From Raja brachyura (lineage: Eukaryota), in NCBI GenBank assembly GCA_963514005.1, contig OY740809.1:26970001-27034000 (forward strand): 64,000 nucleotides of DNA, read 5' to 3'. How positions within the stretch are numbered: the first letter of the stretch is position 1; every line of letters starts with the position of its first letter. A program made the position numbers and the translations under genes. This document shows positions 39,851 through 53,568 of the stretch, piece after piece. Under the pieces are notes generated by a model that was not told the DNA's origin, made no database searches, and saw only the letters and a list, made by a program, of their open reading frames with translations.

Positions 39851-42295
39851 ATTGTTTCTATAGCTGAACTTAGTTATGTAATAATTTGAAGGCAATATTT
39901 ATTGTAATTACAGGAATTAATTCATTTAATTTATGTATTCTAGTGTCAAAGGATTCAAGTGAACTCCAATTTATTAGATCTTGCCAGTCTCTTGCTCAGA
40001 GCGAGGGAAGCAGTTTTTGAACATTAAGTCAATGTGAAATCAGTTCTTCATAGGGATAAAAGGTTAACAGCATACACAAGAACTCATGTATAGAATTACA
40101 TTCAGATTTGTTCAATTCATTTATTCATATCCATCTAAAACCAGCATAGCAAATGGTCAGCAAACAGGATTTATAAAATTGGAGAAAGGTTTATCCTAAT
40201 AACATGGATTCTATTGGACTTTAAGCTTGGACTGGTAATATTATTTATTATTAGTTTAGCCAATCAGAGGTTTTATGTAGTTTAAAAAGGAAGGAGGAAA
40301 TTAAGGTAACATTTAAAGCTTTATAAGTTTAATGATTTACCTACCAAAATGTTATAGAGTTGCTCCATTTTCTCCCATGTGAAACCAGACAACCACTATA
40401 GTTTTTTAAATGAATGGCAAAACAAAAAGAACGTCAAGTTTAATGTAGGCTAGCCACATCAGACATAGGAAACATTTATAGGAGCTGTGAAGGAACAATG
40501 GGACTTCCCCATTTCAAATAAAAAACCTGTATAACGTGTAGTAATAGATATAAACATCTCTCTTCCCGTTAATCGGGAGGGCTAACAGGATGTTGTGTGG
40601 GTTGCCAAAGCAAAGGGGCAGAGTATGCACCAGTTGCACGAGGCACTTGACTTTAGAAAAGATATATTAGCCTGGAAATGGATGCAACCTGAAAAATAAC
40701 ACACCTAAGGATTTAAATTGTCAGTACATTGTATATACAGAAAAAATTATTAAACATTGGGAATGTGTAAAAATTTCCCAGTACTGGTGGAGAGTGCGAT
40801 CTTAATACCAGTCAAGAGTGAATCAAGAAATTCTGCTATACAAGTGTGCTGAAAATCGATTTCTCACTCCAAAACTGGAACACTGTATCTAATCCTGATC
40901 ATATAATTTTAGGAAAGTGAAGATTCTGGAGAAAGGGCAATATCATTTTACTGGAACAGTTCCAGCCGTGAGGGATGTCAGTAATAAGGGTGCACTACAA
41001 AATACTACATAATTTGCTCCATAAAACAAAGAACATTGAGAGAAGGTTAGACGTGAAAAGATCATGACCTGTTTCAGTAGTGAATAGAGGGAAACAGATC
41101 CTCACAATGGATGATTCAAGAAGAGATGAAAATAAAGTGTGAAGCAAGGAGATAAGGATAGAAAAGATGTAAATTGTGAAGCCAAAAGGAGGAATATAGA
41201 TGGAAGTGGACAGGAGAGGGGAGGGAGAAATAGCTTGAATCCAGATGGGGCACAGGGAATGGAAGGGCAGAAAAGGGGAGGGGAGATGGGAAGGGGGGGC
41301 AGGTTAGTCACATAAAATTGGAGAATTATTTTGGTTGGTAGCTACCCATGGAGAATAGATATCATTGTTGGTTGGGCAAGGTCAAGAGCCAACTCAAGAG
41401 TGGTTATTTGCCATATGCATACCAGGTATGAACCACAATTTGCTGCGGTTTTACAACACATAAGGCACCATTATGGCAAAAATTTAAATCTTCCAGCCAT
41501 AAAATGGCGACGGCAGAGAAGAATGTTGGGAATAAGGCTGTGTATGGCACCAAATTAAAAATGCTGAGATAACAATGCCGATTGGACATACTATAGTGCG
41601 AGTTTATTAACAAGGGGTGATTATAGTCAGATATGATCAAACGAGTTTCACTCATTATGCAGCTTTATTTCAGTGGAAAACAATTAAAAATGTACAGCAA
41701 ATGTGTTTTTTTGCAGTTGAAAACAAGATATCAATCTGCATTATGGGCAAAGAGTAAGGCTTGGCCATATATGACCATGAAACATTTGTAGAAGTTGATC
41801 CTAATATGTCCCAGGGTGCTTGCTCACTCCAAACACCATAAAGGGCTAACATATCAGGCCAGTGGTGGTAACTTGCATTTTGGCATTGCACAAAAAATAA
41901 AATTAACTCATCTGCAGTACATAGAGGCTAGATTGATTCACTAACTCTCACAAACGATCAAATCTGTCAGCGGATCTACGTGTTCAGTCAAGCAACCAAA
42001 GGAAGAGGAAGAGGAAAAAAAAGCTTCCAAAACAGCAGTTTATCTTCTAAAAAAACTGCAAACATCGTTCAGTAAAACCCAATATGCAAATGAGAGAAGC
42101 AGGATTATATGAGCAACATCTTAGTGTAGTTGGCTGTACGAATTCCTAAATATGTAATAACGGGTTCAACTTGATCAATTGAAGAACGCAAATTTCCATT
42201 ACCCTCTGCACTTCTACCACTCAACTTTACAAAAAAATATATAGAATTGAGAGATAAAGGGAGAGCTCCCTCAAAGTGGCAAGACAGTAGAGAGG

Positions 42296-42772
42296 ATAGT
42301 AAAGATGGTGATGGCATGCTTGCCTTCTTCACTCATGGCACTGAATATAAAAGTCAGGAAGTCATGTTACAGCTGTATAAAGCTTTGGTCGGACCACATT
42401 TGGAGTATTGTATGCAGTTCTGGTCGCCGCATTACAGGGGGGACGTGGAGGCTTTGGTGGGGCTGCAGGCGAGAGTCAGTAGGATGTGGCCTGGATTAGA
42501 GTATTTGCCATAAAGATAGATTAAACAATCTTGGGTTGACAAAAATACTGGAGAAACTCAGCGGGTGAGGTAGCATCTATGGAGCGAAGGAAATAGGCGA
42601 CGTTTCGGGTCGAGACCCTTCTTCACACTCGCCTATTTCCTTCGCTCCATAGATGTTGCCTCAACCGCTGAGTTTCTCCAGCATTGTCCATCTTCGATTA
42701 TCCAGCATTAGCAGTTCCTTCTTAAACAAAGTTGGAATTGTTTTCTCTGGGGTGTTGGAGATTGCGGGGAGA
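42296..42772 (+). mobile_element. CR1 LINE ORF2 fragment, interrupted by a PLE-derived insertion
   Basis: GMLAF...EYKSQEVMLQLYKALVGPHLEYCMQFWSPHYRGDV. Confidence 0.88.
42535..42721. mobile_element. Fold-back PLE-derived insertion inside a CR1 fragment
   Basis: Inverted arms; degenerate 14-bp TSD TTAAACAA(TC/AG)TTGG starting at 42521 and 42722. Confidence 0.8.
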
Positions 42773-43324
42773 CTAATGACGACTGGTTTGTTGTATAAAC
42801 TTTCTCAAGAGTAAAATCAGTTGGTATGCTAAAATTAAACTCTCCAAAGAACAGTAATAAACTAATTCTCTATGGAACTGCCAGCTATCCGAGTGCATAG
42901 CCACAAGCTCCATACACAATCAATTTTCCAGCTCAGAATACTTACGGAAACAATCTTTCAAAACTCCTAACAGCCGTCTGAAGGAAGGTCTGGGAATGTG
43001 GATAGGAAAGAGTCAATTTGCAAAAATGCAGCTACTGGTTTTGTTCATCGTCTCAACTTAAGAGCTGCAGCAAAAATTCTTTGAGCTTATATAGACTAAC
43101 AAATTAAAAAAATATTTCCGAATGTAGGTACGGAATTCAGTAGGTATGTAGGTACTGAATTATTCCGACATCATGCAAAGCCAGAACTAATTTTCAGATG
43201 AAATGGCTTGGTGATAGGAAGCAGAGACCTGTAGTACAAGGATGCTTTTCTGATTAGGGGCGTGTGACCAGAGTGCAAGGCAGGGATCACGGGATTTCTT
43301 TGTGAAATGCAGAAATGCCTTGAA

Positions 43325-44150
43325 TGTGAATGTAGGAAGCACAATTAGTAAGTTTGCAGATGACACGGAAATTGGTGGTGTCATGGACAGTGAGGCAGGT
43401 TGTCTAAGGCTACATCAGGATATAGGTTAGATGGAAATGGGAGGACACTAAACAATGTTAATGAACAGAGGAACCATGGGGTTCACCTTTATCTTTCCCC
43501 AAAAGTGGTGACGCAGGTAGATAGCATGGTGAAGGTGGCATGTGGCAGGTTATCTTCATAGCTTCACTGGACAAAGAATGTAAAAGTTAGGACATTATGT
43601 TGCAACTTATAAAAGACTGGTTTTCTGCACTTGGACTATTGTGTGCACATTTTGTTGCCACTCATTGAGATGATTGCAGTTGTGCTGGAGATGCACCAAA
43701 GGAGATTCACCATTGCCTAGATTGGAGGACTTTAGTTATGGGGAGAGATTAGATAGAATGGGTCTGATTTTCCTGGTACAAGGGCAGTAGGACTGGATAA
43801 GAGTATTAAACCATTTAAGAGGAACAGATAGACATGCAGAACCTACTACCCCTATTATAGGGATATCCAAAACAAGAGGGCATAGATTAATGAGTTTTAA
43901 AGAGGATTTGAGGGGAAATGTTTTAAAACTTCAGAGAGTGGTTGATATTGGGAACTTGATGTCAAAGAAGGTGCTAGATTCAATCACAATGTTAAAAAGA
44001 TATGTAAGACAGGCACTTAAATAGATAAAGGTAGAGAAGGATACAAACCTAGTGCACTTAAATAGGATTAATGCATGCGGGAAAAAGATTGGTATGGATG
44101 CTGTGGACCAAAAAGGTATTTGTCTGTGCTGTGCAACTCCATGACTGTAC
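43325..44150 (+). mobile_element. CR1 LINE fragment (RT motif to 3' end), degenerate
   Basis: ATTAGTAAGTTTGCAGATGACACGGAAATTGGTGG encodes ISKFADDTEIG. Confidence 0.85.
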
Positions 44151-45681
44151 TCCACTTGCCAGTGAACAAAATACATAATTTCCATCAAAATTTGACAGAC
44201 AATGTGAGATTTGTAAATGCAAGTGACTAAATGGCTTAAACCAGATCAATTTACGCAGGTTAGAACAGGATCACTTCTCTCATAAAGCAGTGAATCAATG
44301 TTTTAAGATTGGAAACTCTAAAATGACTGTCAGTGAATTATGCTTCTCCGCGACACAGGCAAGTGAAAAGAAAAACTAGTTAAATGTATACACAGCGAAT
44401 CACATTTAATCCCGAATTAGGATTCTCCCAACAATTTAATGGAAAATATTGGCACAATTTATATATTTAATTCGAATTGGTAGCTGCAATTTGAGATATG
44501 CAGACTTTAGCTGTGTTCTCATTGCACCATGACACTAATATATTATGCATCCTGTATTTTCAAAGTTGAACACATTGATTTGTCTGAGCCACTTTACACA
44601 GTAATGCTGTTCCACCCGTAAGAGAACAGCTACAGGTCAAACGCAAACCAATGTGATTGCTGTGAATAGATAAATAATGCTGTAGGAAGCCCAAAAACAT
44701 CCTCTATCACTTCCTTCCTCACCAATCATCCAGGGAGGTATTTGTCAACGGCCATTCCATTCACGTGCAAATGGTTCCTTAAAACTTCTCAATTGTGCAC
44801 TTTCCAATCACTGGACTCTCCCATCCCCAAATTGTCTGACCTTTTCTACATGACTAACACAAATTTTAGCACTTCACTTCTGCTGCAACCATGCTGTTTC
44901 CAAATCAGAAATGATATCCAGAGTGAAAAGCCATTTTTATTTAATCTACTAAATTGTTTGACCCTCGAATCCCAGTTACAATTTAGTTTGGTGGGAAGCG
45001 AGGGAACCTACAATTTTACATTATTCCAGATCTGTGCATCTTGGATTCTACAACAGTTCAGAAATCTAACTAAACAACTTGAACTTCTGACATAGATTTA
45101 AAAATGTAATAAGTTTAGCAGATTCTATAGCTGATAACCCATAATTTGTACAACATTTTAGCTTCATTGAACCCTGCACTTTTACAGATTAGCATTAGAA
45201 CCAGGAAAGACATTTCAAAAACTATTGACATGCACAAAGAAAATCTGACTACGTATTCCAACAAATAGGGGGGTTAAATGTACTATCTACCAAAAGCAAG
45301 CAGATCTCAAATTTCATCGTCAGACAACACTCAAAATCTGGAAGAGGTGAAAGCAAAAAGAGTCTATTCTTGAACACTAAAGGCAGCCTTATGCACATAG
45401 CTGTCTAAAGCCAGAAGCAGATCTACAATCACAGTCAAACACCCAGTTAAAACACATGTCCAATCATGCTATTTAGACAAAACTGTATGACATAGGGCTG
45501 CACGTCATCAAAAGGCAGGAGAAAACTGCAGCAAGGGAGAATTATTTGGCCCAAACAGTTCTATCCAATTTCAACATTGTCAGCCGTGACCATCTCTCCC
45601 TCTTATGCACAAGATTAATTTGTGGTTTACTGGCAAAAACTATTTTTAATCCTCAAGGTTTGAAATATAGATACCAAATCT

Positions 45682-46119
45682 TTTTTTTTATACTTTGTTT
45701 TATTAGAAGTAATCTATTTACAATAATGTAAACAGCTTTACAAACCTCAACTTAATTACACATTTTTTAAATAACCCATTAACAGTTATCATCTTCTATT
45801 TTTTTGGAAATAAAGAAAATAGAATAGTTTTAAATCAATAAGAAAGTGATTAAATAATAATTTGATTATATAGAAAAGAAGAAGAAAATAGAGCAAGGAA
45901 AAAAGATTATAGATTAACAAAAAGTGAAAAAATATTATATATATATATATATCAATGAAAATCAACAAAATATATTGTATCTAAAACTATTACAAATAGT
46001 AATATCAATGAAGACATGCCTATTAATCCTAGTATAAGAATCAATTATCCTCATCAAATCCCGCTGGGTACCCGTCAGGCTGTGACGTCAAGAACAGCTA
46101 CTTCTCTAGATACTGTATA
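45682..46119 (-). mobile_element. Poly(A)-tailed retroposed insert (L1/Tx1-type 3' end or processed 3' UTR)
   Basis: 15-bp TSD ATAGATACCAAATCT (45667-45681 and 46120-46134); adjacent T-run; AATAAA on the minus strand just before the tail. Confidence 0.8.
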
Positions 46120-47339
46120 ATAGATACCAAATCTGGAGTACAGACACAATTCCTAAGATGATTATTAGCTTGAATTATTGATGCAGGATGTTATTGCACA
46201 TAATAGCAAAGGTCCAGCAGATCAAGAGCCCCCAGACTTACTTGCACATGTCTAGAGTTGCGAAGAACATTCAAGTTATGTCTGGAATTGGAAGACAATA
46301 TAGAACATGCAGCAGGAAAGCAATTTGCATTTTAGATTCACGCTAGGACTTAAAAAAACAGAATTGAGAAACTAAACACCAAACTCAATGTAACAGGATG
46401 CTTGGATTGACATAGCAAATAGGCACAAACAGGACCCTGGCACCCTGATTCAGCATAACACATACAGACAGGAAGCAAGCTCCAAAAGGGAGGCACAAGA
46501 ATAGCAACAGGAAACAGGCCCCCAACTATGAATATCTATACACAGCCAATAGTAAGATAGCACCTAACTCTGAAGGCAGCCTAACAATTTGAAAACACAA
46601 AGTGAACTACAACGCATCAAAAAACTAAAAAGTGTACAATTTGTTTCATTTATTCTGTTTAACCAGGCAGCGGTTGATTTATGATTTATTCTCAGGACTG
46701 CAGAAGTCCCCATTTCAGTCTTGCATTCTTATTCACTCCTCTGTAAAAAATGCAACAGCATACTTGCCTACCAAGAGATGCAAGAAAGTGTACAAACCAA
46801 CCGGATGTGCACAGGGGTTTGGCTTGCTATGTAGGCAACTGAACATTACGAGTAAATGTCATCTTATTCTACACATTAGTAATGGCAGATCACCACAACT
46901 ATAGGACCCAGATCAATAAAATTAAATCAAGAATAAGTTCACTTTTACACACCAGGATCTTGCTGCAAACAGATACACTTAGCCAAACGTATGAAGACTG
47001 TCAATTATACAACTACAAAGAGCACATTCAAACTAACTACTCAACTCCAAGAATGTCTCACCGGATGGAAAATCGTACATTAAAAGTACATTAAAAAATC
47101 TGACAAACTTACAGATTCAAGCTTCCTTTAAGTACAGTATAAACATTTCCCACTTACACATTGTTTTTGTGCTGCAACCTGGTCAAGCTGGGTTGGGACA
47201 AAAACATTACATGTAGTAACGATCATTCATTGATAATGATGTGGGATAGGAAATATGTCTAATAATTGTGATCCAGCAGCAAGTTAAAATTCAAATGTTG
47301 CCCAGAGAAACAATTACTTTCATACACTGGACTATTCAG

Positions 47340-48100
47340 CGACCAAATGACTGGGAACCTCCATCAAGTCAAACAAGTAAGGATGCCCTCAAGGCACTGT
47401 GTCCATTTCCAGTCGGCAACAGCAGAGATGCTGTTAGGCAGAGCGGATAGTTCCAGCATGATATGGTATGGAAATACCACGTTGGACAAACTCCTGCATT
47501 GGGGAGTTTGTCCAAAAGGTTGGAGCTAATGGGATCCAATGATGTGGCAATCTAGATTCAATATTAATAAGGTTACGGGAAGCAGAGGGTGATGGAGGGA
47601 TTTATTTTGTCCGATTTAAAGTCTGTCCACCAATATTGGGATGCTCATTGTTTGCAAATAAATCTGGAGAATGAGGTATGAACAGCAAATTTGGGGATAA
47701 GACTGATGGCCATTGATAGGAGAGCTGTCTAAGTCTGTAGGATGATATAGATGATATTATAAAATGAGTAGAGCAATGGCATTAATTTGCACGATTAGTA
47801 AGACCAATATATGTACAATTCGGTGCAGGTTATCTCAGGTTACAACAGGTTCGAAATCAACTGGGAAAGGAGTGGCAGATGGAATTGAACTCAAAGAATG
47901 AGAAATGATAGATTTTGGGAAGCTATACCAGCCAAAGATATAGTGAATGGGAGGACCCTGGGGATGTTGCAGAACCACAAAACCATGGAGTGGAAGTAGA
48001 CAGTTCTCTGAACATGGCCACATGGGTAGACAGGCAGTGAAGGCAGCGTATGACTGCTTGCCTTCATTCATTGGTACAATAAGTGCAAAAAATGGGACGT
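47340..48100 (+). mobile_element. Degenerate CR1 LINE RT-region fragment
   Basis: CAGAGGGTGATGG (QRVM), AGCAAATTTGGGGAT, GGCAGATGGAATTGAAC and AAGGCAGCGTATG...TGCCTTCATT motifs. Confidence 0.65.
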
Positions 48101-49188
48101 ATTGTTATCTAGCATCTCCCATCACAAAAACTGCTCACCTCAATCTCTGTAATATATCCCATCTTATTTTATTTGGGTAATTATTCATTCATGCACTGCA
48201 AAGATGGAAATATCATGCTGCTAACTGAATTTCAAAAACGTGTTACATTCATTTCTATACTACTACCACTGATGTACATCTTCTCTGATGACATTTCCCT
48301 CTCAGTCTACACTTTCTCCACTACTTTCACTGCCCAGTTGTCATGCTGTTAGTCCAATATTCAGTATTAGATCTGTAGAAACTTTCTCCTATTAAGCAAA
48401 CTCTCTTCAGTCACCAGCCGATCATGGTTATTTGCAGCCTGTCGCTCTATACGAGCCAAAAGCCAAGATTCTAATTGTAAAACTTACTCATCATGACAGC
48501 TGCCCATTTTCATCTCAATAATACAGCATATCTTATTCCTCAAACATCAGCCTTAATTTTACTGGGAAAACCCACACAAATCACTCGATTTTTGACCAGA
48601 CCTCCTCTAGATTACGCCTCCTCCATTGGTGGTGGAATATAATCAATTGCATTTAATTCCACTATATCCATTAGCCCAGTCATAATTATAAGCACCACTC
48701 ATTAAATTAGAAATCTGGACACCAAACTCTGGAGACTTTAATCATTATAACAAACCTTAGATGTTGTATCATCTCTGTCCTATGAAAATTAACTTTGTAC
48801 AATCATTCTACATTAAACAAAAATTCAATTATCAGAATAAGTTGCCTATTCCAGACCTTTCAATATTTTCCAGTTTTATACTGTTTTTGATCTGATCAAG
48901 CCATAACTTGACGTACAACGGAGCATTATATAATGAACCACTGGGCCAAATCATAAACACTAGATTTAACCTACACACGCACAAGAAATCACAATATTCC
49001 AACAGCGGTAAAGTGCCTAACTGCCATAATATTCGAGGCAGCTCAAGAAACTGGCGAATGAGAAAGCAGCAATGAACCTACCCTTCCTTAAAAAAGTGGA
49101 ATATTTATTCCAGAGGTGGTCTACTAAATCACTTGATAACTATTGAATGTCCTTGTAGGTGCAAGAAAGGAACTGGAAGAGCACTCAC

Positions 49189-49299
49189 CGGCAGACTAGA
49201 TGGACGCCCCTGCTGCATGAGGGTCAGCTCCTCCTGGTTGGGTTTGTTGGAAGTCAACCCTTGAGGAGCCTGAGTGGCAAATGCTTCCTGAGACAAATC
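49189..49299 (-). CDS. ARID1A: ARID1A exon 4 (111 nt, or 114 nt from 49302; phase 0-0): DLSQEAFATQAPQGLTSNKPNQEELTLMQQGRPSSLP
   Basis: Tandem acceptor tacagcag|GAT, donor CCG|gtgagt; conserved RPSSLP end. Absent from the ORF track. Confidence 0.92.
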
Positions 49300-50110
49300 C
49301 TGCTGTAGTACAAAAACAGAACATTTGTAAATTTAGGTATTTTGGTTGGCTAAAAGGAAATACATTAAAGCCATAATGGTCAGAATTGCTCCAATTTGAT
49401 CTTACTAGTTAATCACCCCACTGTTCGGGATAAAGATGATTCGCTGCTTTCTCAATTAACAGCCAACTTTGCAACTTGTAACACAACTTTTTATTTGCAG
49501 GATTTTTTGTTGGCTTAGTTTGTGAATGAAGCTCACTGAGGTCCATGGACAATTAGCTAAACAGCAGCAGCAGAATGTTTAATTAGTCTCTGATCCCAGC
49601 ATTGATCAAAGAAAACATGCAAGTGTCAAGACCAAAGGTGCAGTATTTTGTTCGCCCGAGACAAATACTCAACAAGGAACTAGAAGGAAGATAAAGATCA
49701 TGGGATTGTAACCCACTATGCACAACAAACTATGGAGAGAATGATCATGAACCTGCATACACAAGCAATTCTATCATTTATAAGTAAATGTACCTACAAT
49801 CTACAATATCGCTACAAACTGGCTTCTTCCACTCACCACATCTCAAAGTAACTACTCACTAGCACTAGAGTTAAGCGGACATTTAATTAGAAAATCAGTA
49901 ACTTCAATTCCTTTACAAGACTGTCAACTTCTTAACAGGCAAGCAAAAGGCACTAATGTTGTAACCAAGACCATTATAAATCTAAGCTGCCACGGTTTCG
50001 AGCCCACATTGTGTTTCCTGGACATGGTGCAGCAGTAAATGGCAATGTAATATCAGCTACGCTGATAAAAACAATGACTGTACTTTTAAGGCTCAAAGTA
50101 TAAAGTATAC

Positions 50111-50224
50111 CTGCTGTAGTGGGAACCGTTGTTGTTGAGGGTATGAAGGCTGTTGCTGGTTGTAGTATGGTGTCTGGCCCTGCTGACAGTAACTGCCTGC
50201 ACTCTGCTGGCTGTAAGGAGGCAT
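50111..50224 (-). CDS. ARID1A: ARID1A exon 3 (114 nt, phase 0-0): [38 protein letters not shown]
   Basis: Acceptor tgtgcag|ATG, donor CAG|gtatac; both ends match human exon 3 ([11 protein letters not shown] ... QQRFP). Confidence 0.9.
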
Positions 50225-52638
50225 CTGCACAGAAAGAATGTAAACAGAACAATGATTCACTAAGTTCATAAGCAGAAAACCAAACACAATGTAAAACTAG
50301 TTTCCTAAAAATGTACTGAAATCTAAAGGGACTTTAAATCTGAGAGCAAAAGGATTGCATTGGCTTGGAAACATTTTGCTTCAGAATTTGACCAAGCAAT
50401 GATCTGATCAGAGTGCAAAATATAGAGAATGAAAAGTGCGCTATCTGTAAGCAGCATGCAATGGAACAATAAGCATTTAAATTCCATATCGATAACTCCT
50501 CAATATACTTTGACATTACAAAACAGCGGTATTCACAAAAGGACAATCACTACTTTGAATGATTAAACTCTAATTTTAGGATCTTAGACTTTTCTTTCGA
50601 AAAATACACAACTTAAAAAAATGGAAGCCCAGCAGTCACTACAGATCCAAACTGATAACATTGCATTTGGCAAAGGCTTCACCAGCCTTTCCTCACTCGA
50701 TAACCTAACAGGTAACATAGAATGTACCCAGGTATTGTCCAGTCAGTTCTGTGATATTAAATCTGCAGACATTTTAAATAGAGAATGTGCCGCTTTAGTC
50801 ATTAGAACTTGTATTTATATATCTACATGCAGTAAACAGCCACAATAGCAAACAGGTTCCAAGTGGTAGAAAATTAATGTTATAAATATAGATCTTGAAT
50901 GGCCTATTAAAGCAACGAGAATTACTGTGCAATAGAATTTGTGAGCCAACTCCCACAGCAGCATTTAACATTATTCCTGAACAGACATTTGCAGCAAATT
51001 GAGCATAGCTGGACCCCAAATTAAGCATATATATCCAGTCCCAAAGTATCCACAGGGATGGTAGTGGATTCTCAGCATAGCTAGTGACTGGCAGATGAAC
51101 TTGGTGATTTCCCACAAGTACCCCTTCAATATCTCACATATATTTTAGATGTACAATCAATCTCAATAGAATACAGCCTTCATATTAATGTTGCCTTCTT
51201 GTTAGAGGAAACCAGAACAATCCCACCATTCTACATAATTGAATGTTGTCTTTCGTAGCTAATTCTCTCAAAATATGCAATGCTGTCTATAATCAGTGAC
51301 TACCAGCCCACTTTATATTAAAAAAAATCTCATGATCACATCTAAATCCTCCTCTCCTTAGTCTTTTCCTCTTCATTCTATTAATACTGGCAACTTGGAA
51401 ACCTCCGTATGACCTTTTCCAGTTATCAGGAAAAAATTGATACAATTTTCTAACTCTGGAGAGTCTTGAGGGAGACTCTAGAATTAAGAGCCATTGTTGA
51501 AAAAGATTATACTCGGTGGTGGTATATAATGTAATAAAGATAATAAACCATGTAATTTGGAACGCATTCGCTGAAATTGAATGGCAGCTCAAGTTATTTA
51601 ATTCACACACATTTGGGAAGAGAGTAACCACAATGTGCAAAAGGACAGATTAAAATCAAAAACATTTCCTCACCAACAATCTAATTTATTTTTAACGTAC
51701 ATCAACTTTAACCCAATAGGAGTGGGAAATCTTGGCCGAGGAACTGGGAAAATAATCCAAATCGAGTTAGCCAAAAATCAAACACCACACTTCCACTCTT
51801 AAAGAGATGATAATGGTAACGTTTTTTGTCATTTTCAAACTCTTCAATAGTTTGGAAGGGATCAATAAATCTGTATATTAAATACGACATCCAACAGCAC
51901 ATTGCTAACTACTATATAATTACAACTCAACCATCAAAGATATTAATCAGCGATGGAAAAATGTATATTTAACATCATTAAATATGCCAGGTTTTTGCAA
52001 ATTGACAATCAATCTTTAATATAGAATCCGGAGATACAAAGTCACGTGACTGCTGCAGACATATAAAGTTTCCAAATAAAAATATTACAAGCAGAAATGC
52101 AGCAACATGTAGTGATGTCCAAATTGTTAAATTTATGGAGGCTACACCTCGTAGAGGTTACATATATAAAGTCATTGTGATCATTTCCATCTCACAGCCT
52201 TTTCATTTCCGTTCAAGGATCTTAGAACATGTAGACTATTTCTTGGTCTACAGACGCTGCCAATCGGCTGAGTGCTTTCAGCTCTTTTCTACTCTAAATA
52301 ATATTCATATTTTGTTCTTTACTGCTTTGAACATTTCAACATGCTTCAAAATCCTTTGCACCTCATTTTGAAATAGTGTCTCTGCCAATCTTGATCTCAG
52401 TCACTATCAATAATTTGAGCAAATAAAACATGGAGGCACCTATGAGAGGAAGATTTCGTACATGACTGACTCATTATTGTGCAATGTTTAAAGATGGACA
52501 AAACACAACTGGAAATGTAGTTTTACACTGGACAAGAAATCACAAGGAATTTTTCTTTATTTCTCCATGGGGTGGTGGGCTAGAAAGGCCAAGCATAATC
52601 AACATACACACTTTATTGAATCTCTAATCGCTGCTCAC

Positions 52639-52845
52639 CTGTTGTGGGTACTGCAGCGCGCCCCCCATGGTGCCTTGGGTCCGGCCCTGCACACCCACGG
52701 GATAGCGCTGAGGCGCTGGAGGTCCATACGGTTGTCCTGGGTAAGGTCCGCTTTGTTGCGGAGGTGCCTGCTGTGCATATGGATTATTGCTGCCGCCATA
52801 AGGCTGAGGTCTCTTCATCCCCATCTGGTCCATAGGGCTAGTTGG
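52639..52845 (-). CDS. ARID1A: ARID1A exon 2 (207 nt, phase 0-0): [18 protein letters not shown]...GGALQYPQQ
   Basis: Acceptor ttttcag|CCA, donor CAG|gtgagc; similar to human PSSPMDQMGKMRPQPYGG. Confidence 0.93.
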
Positions 52846-53568
52846 CTGAAAAGAAATGAGCTAATGATTAGTTAACCTTGGCGACACACCAATCACTCAA
52901 GTCTATCAGCTGCAATTGTTTGCACAATTCAGAAAGATTCATTAGTTTCTCAAAGTATGCAGACAAAGATATGAGAAAATAAGCTAATACAAGAAAATAA
53001 ATTGCACTATTAATTGCATCTTGCTTATTTACAAATACGCTATTTCTCACCAAACGGAAACTCATGGTAATCGCATCAAAGCAGTTACATGGTAAAGATA
53101 CTGAGTTTCTTAAAATCATCAGACACATCTCCAGTGAATTACTGCACAATAATGCACAATAAACAGAAATCTTTAAATTATGGAGAGTATAGCAACATTA
53201 AGGCCAAACTCTAACAAAACTACCAGATTTTCAATAGAGCTGGGAGCGTAAACCATTCGCGAGCAACTCGTATGTAGGCATACAGAATGGTTCACAAATT
53301 ACATTGTCTAGCTTCCATTCCCAAAGAACAAGATCAGGTCACAACTGAGCTAGAACCAGGTACATGTTCAACCAAAAAAATCCAACAATCATCAACTCGT
53401 ATTACAGAGAATAGTTCAGGCAAAACTTATGTATAAATGTAAGATACCAAGTTCACCATGGTAGTCAAATAGAAAGAATAAAATCCCTGCAAGTCAATCT
53501 TGAGCACAATAAGGGTGATGACGTTGAGACCAAATTAACCACATATCACAAGTCAGCACTTAAAAGTA

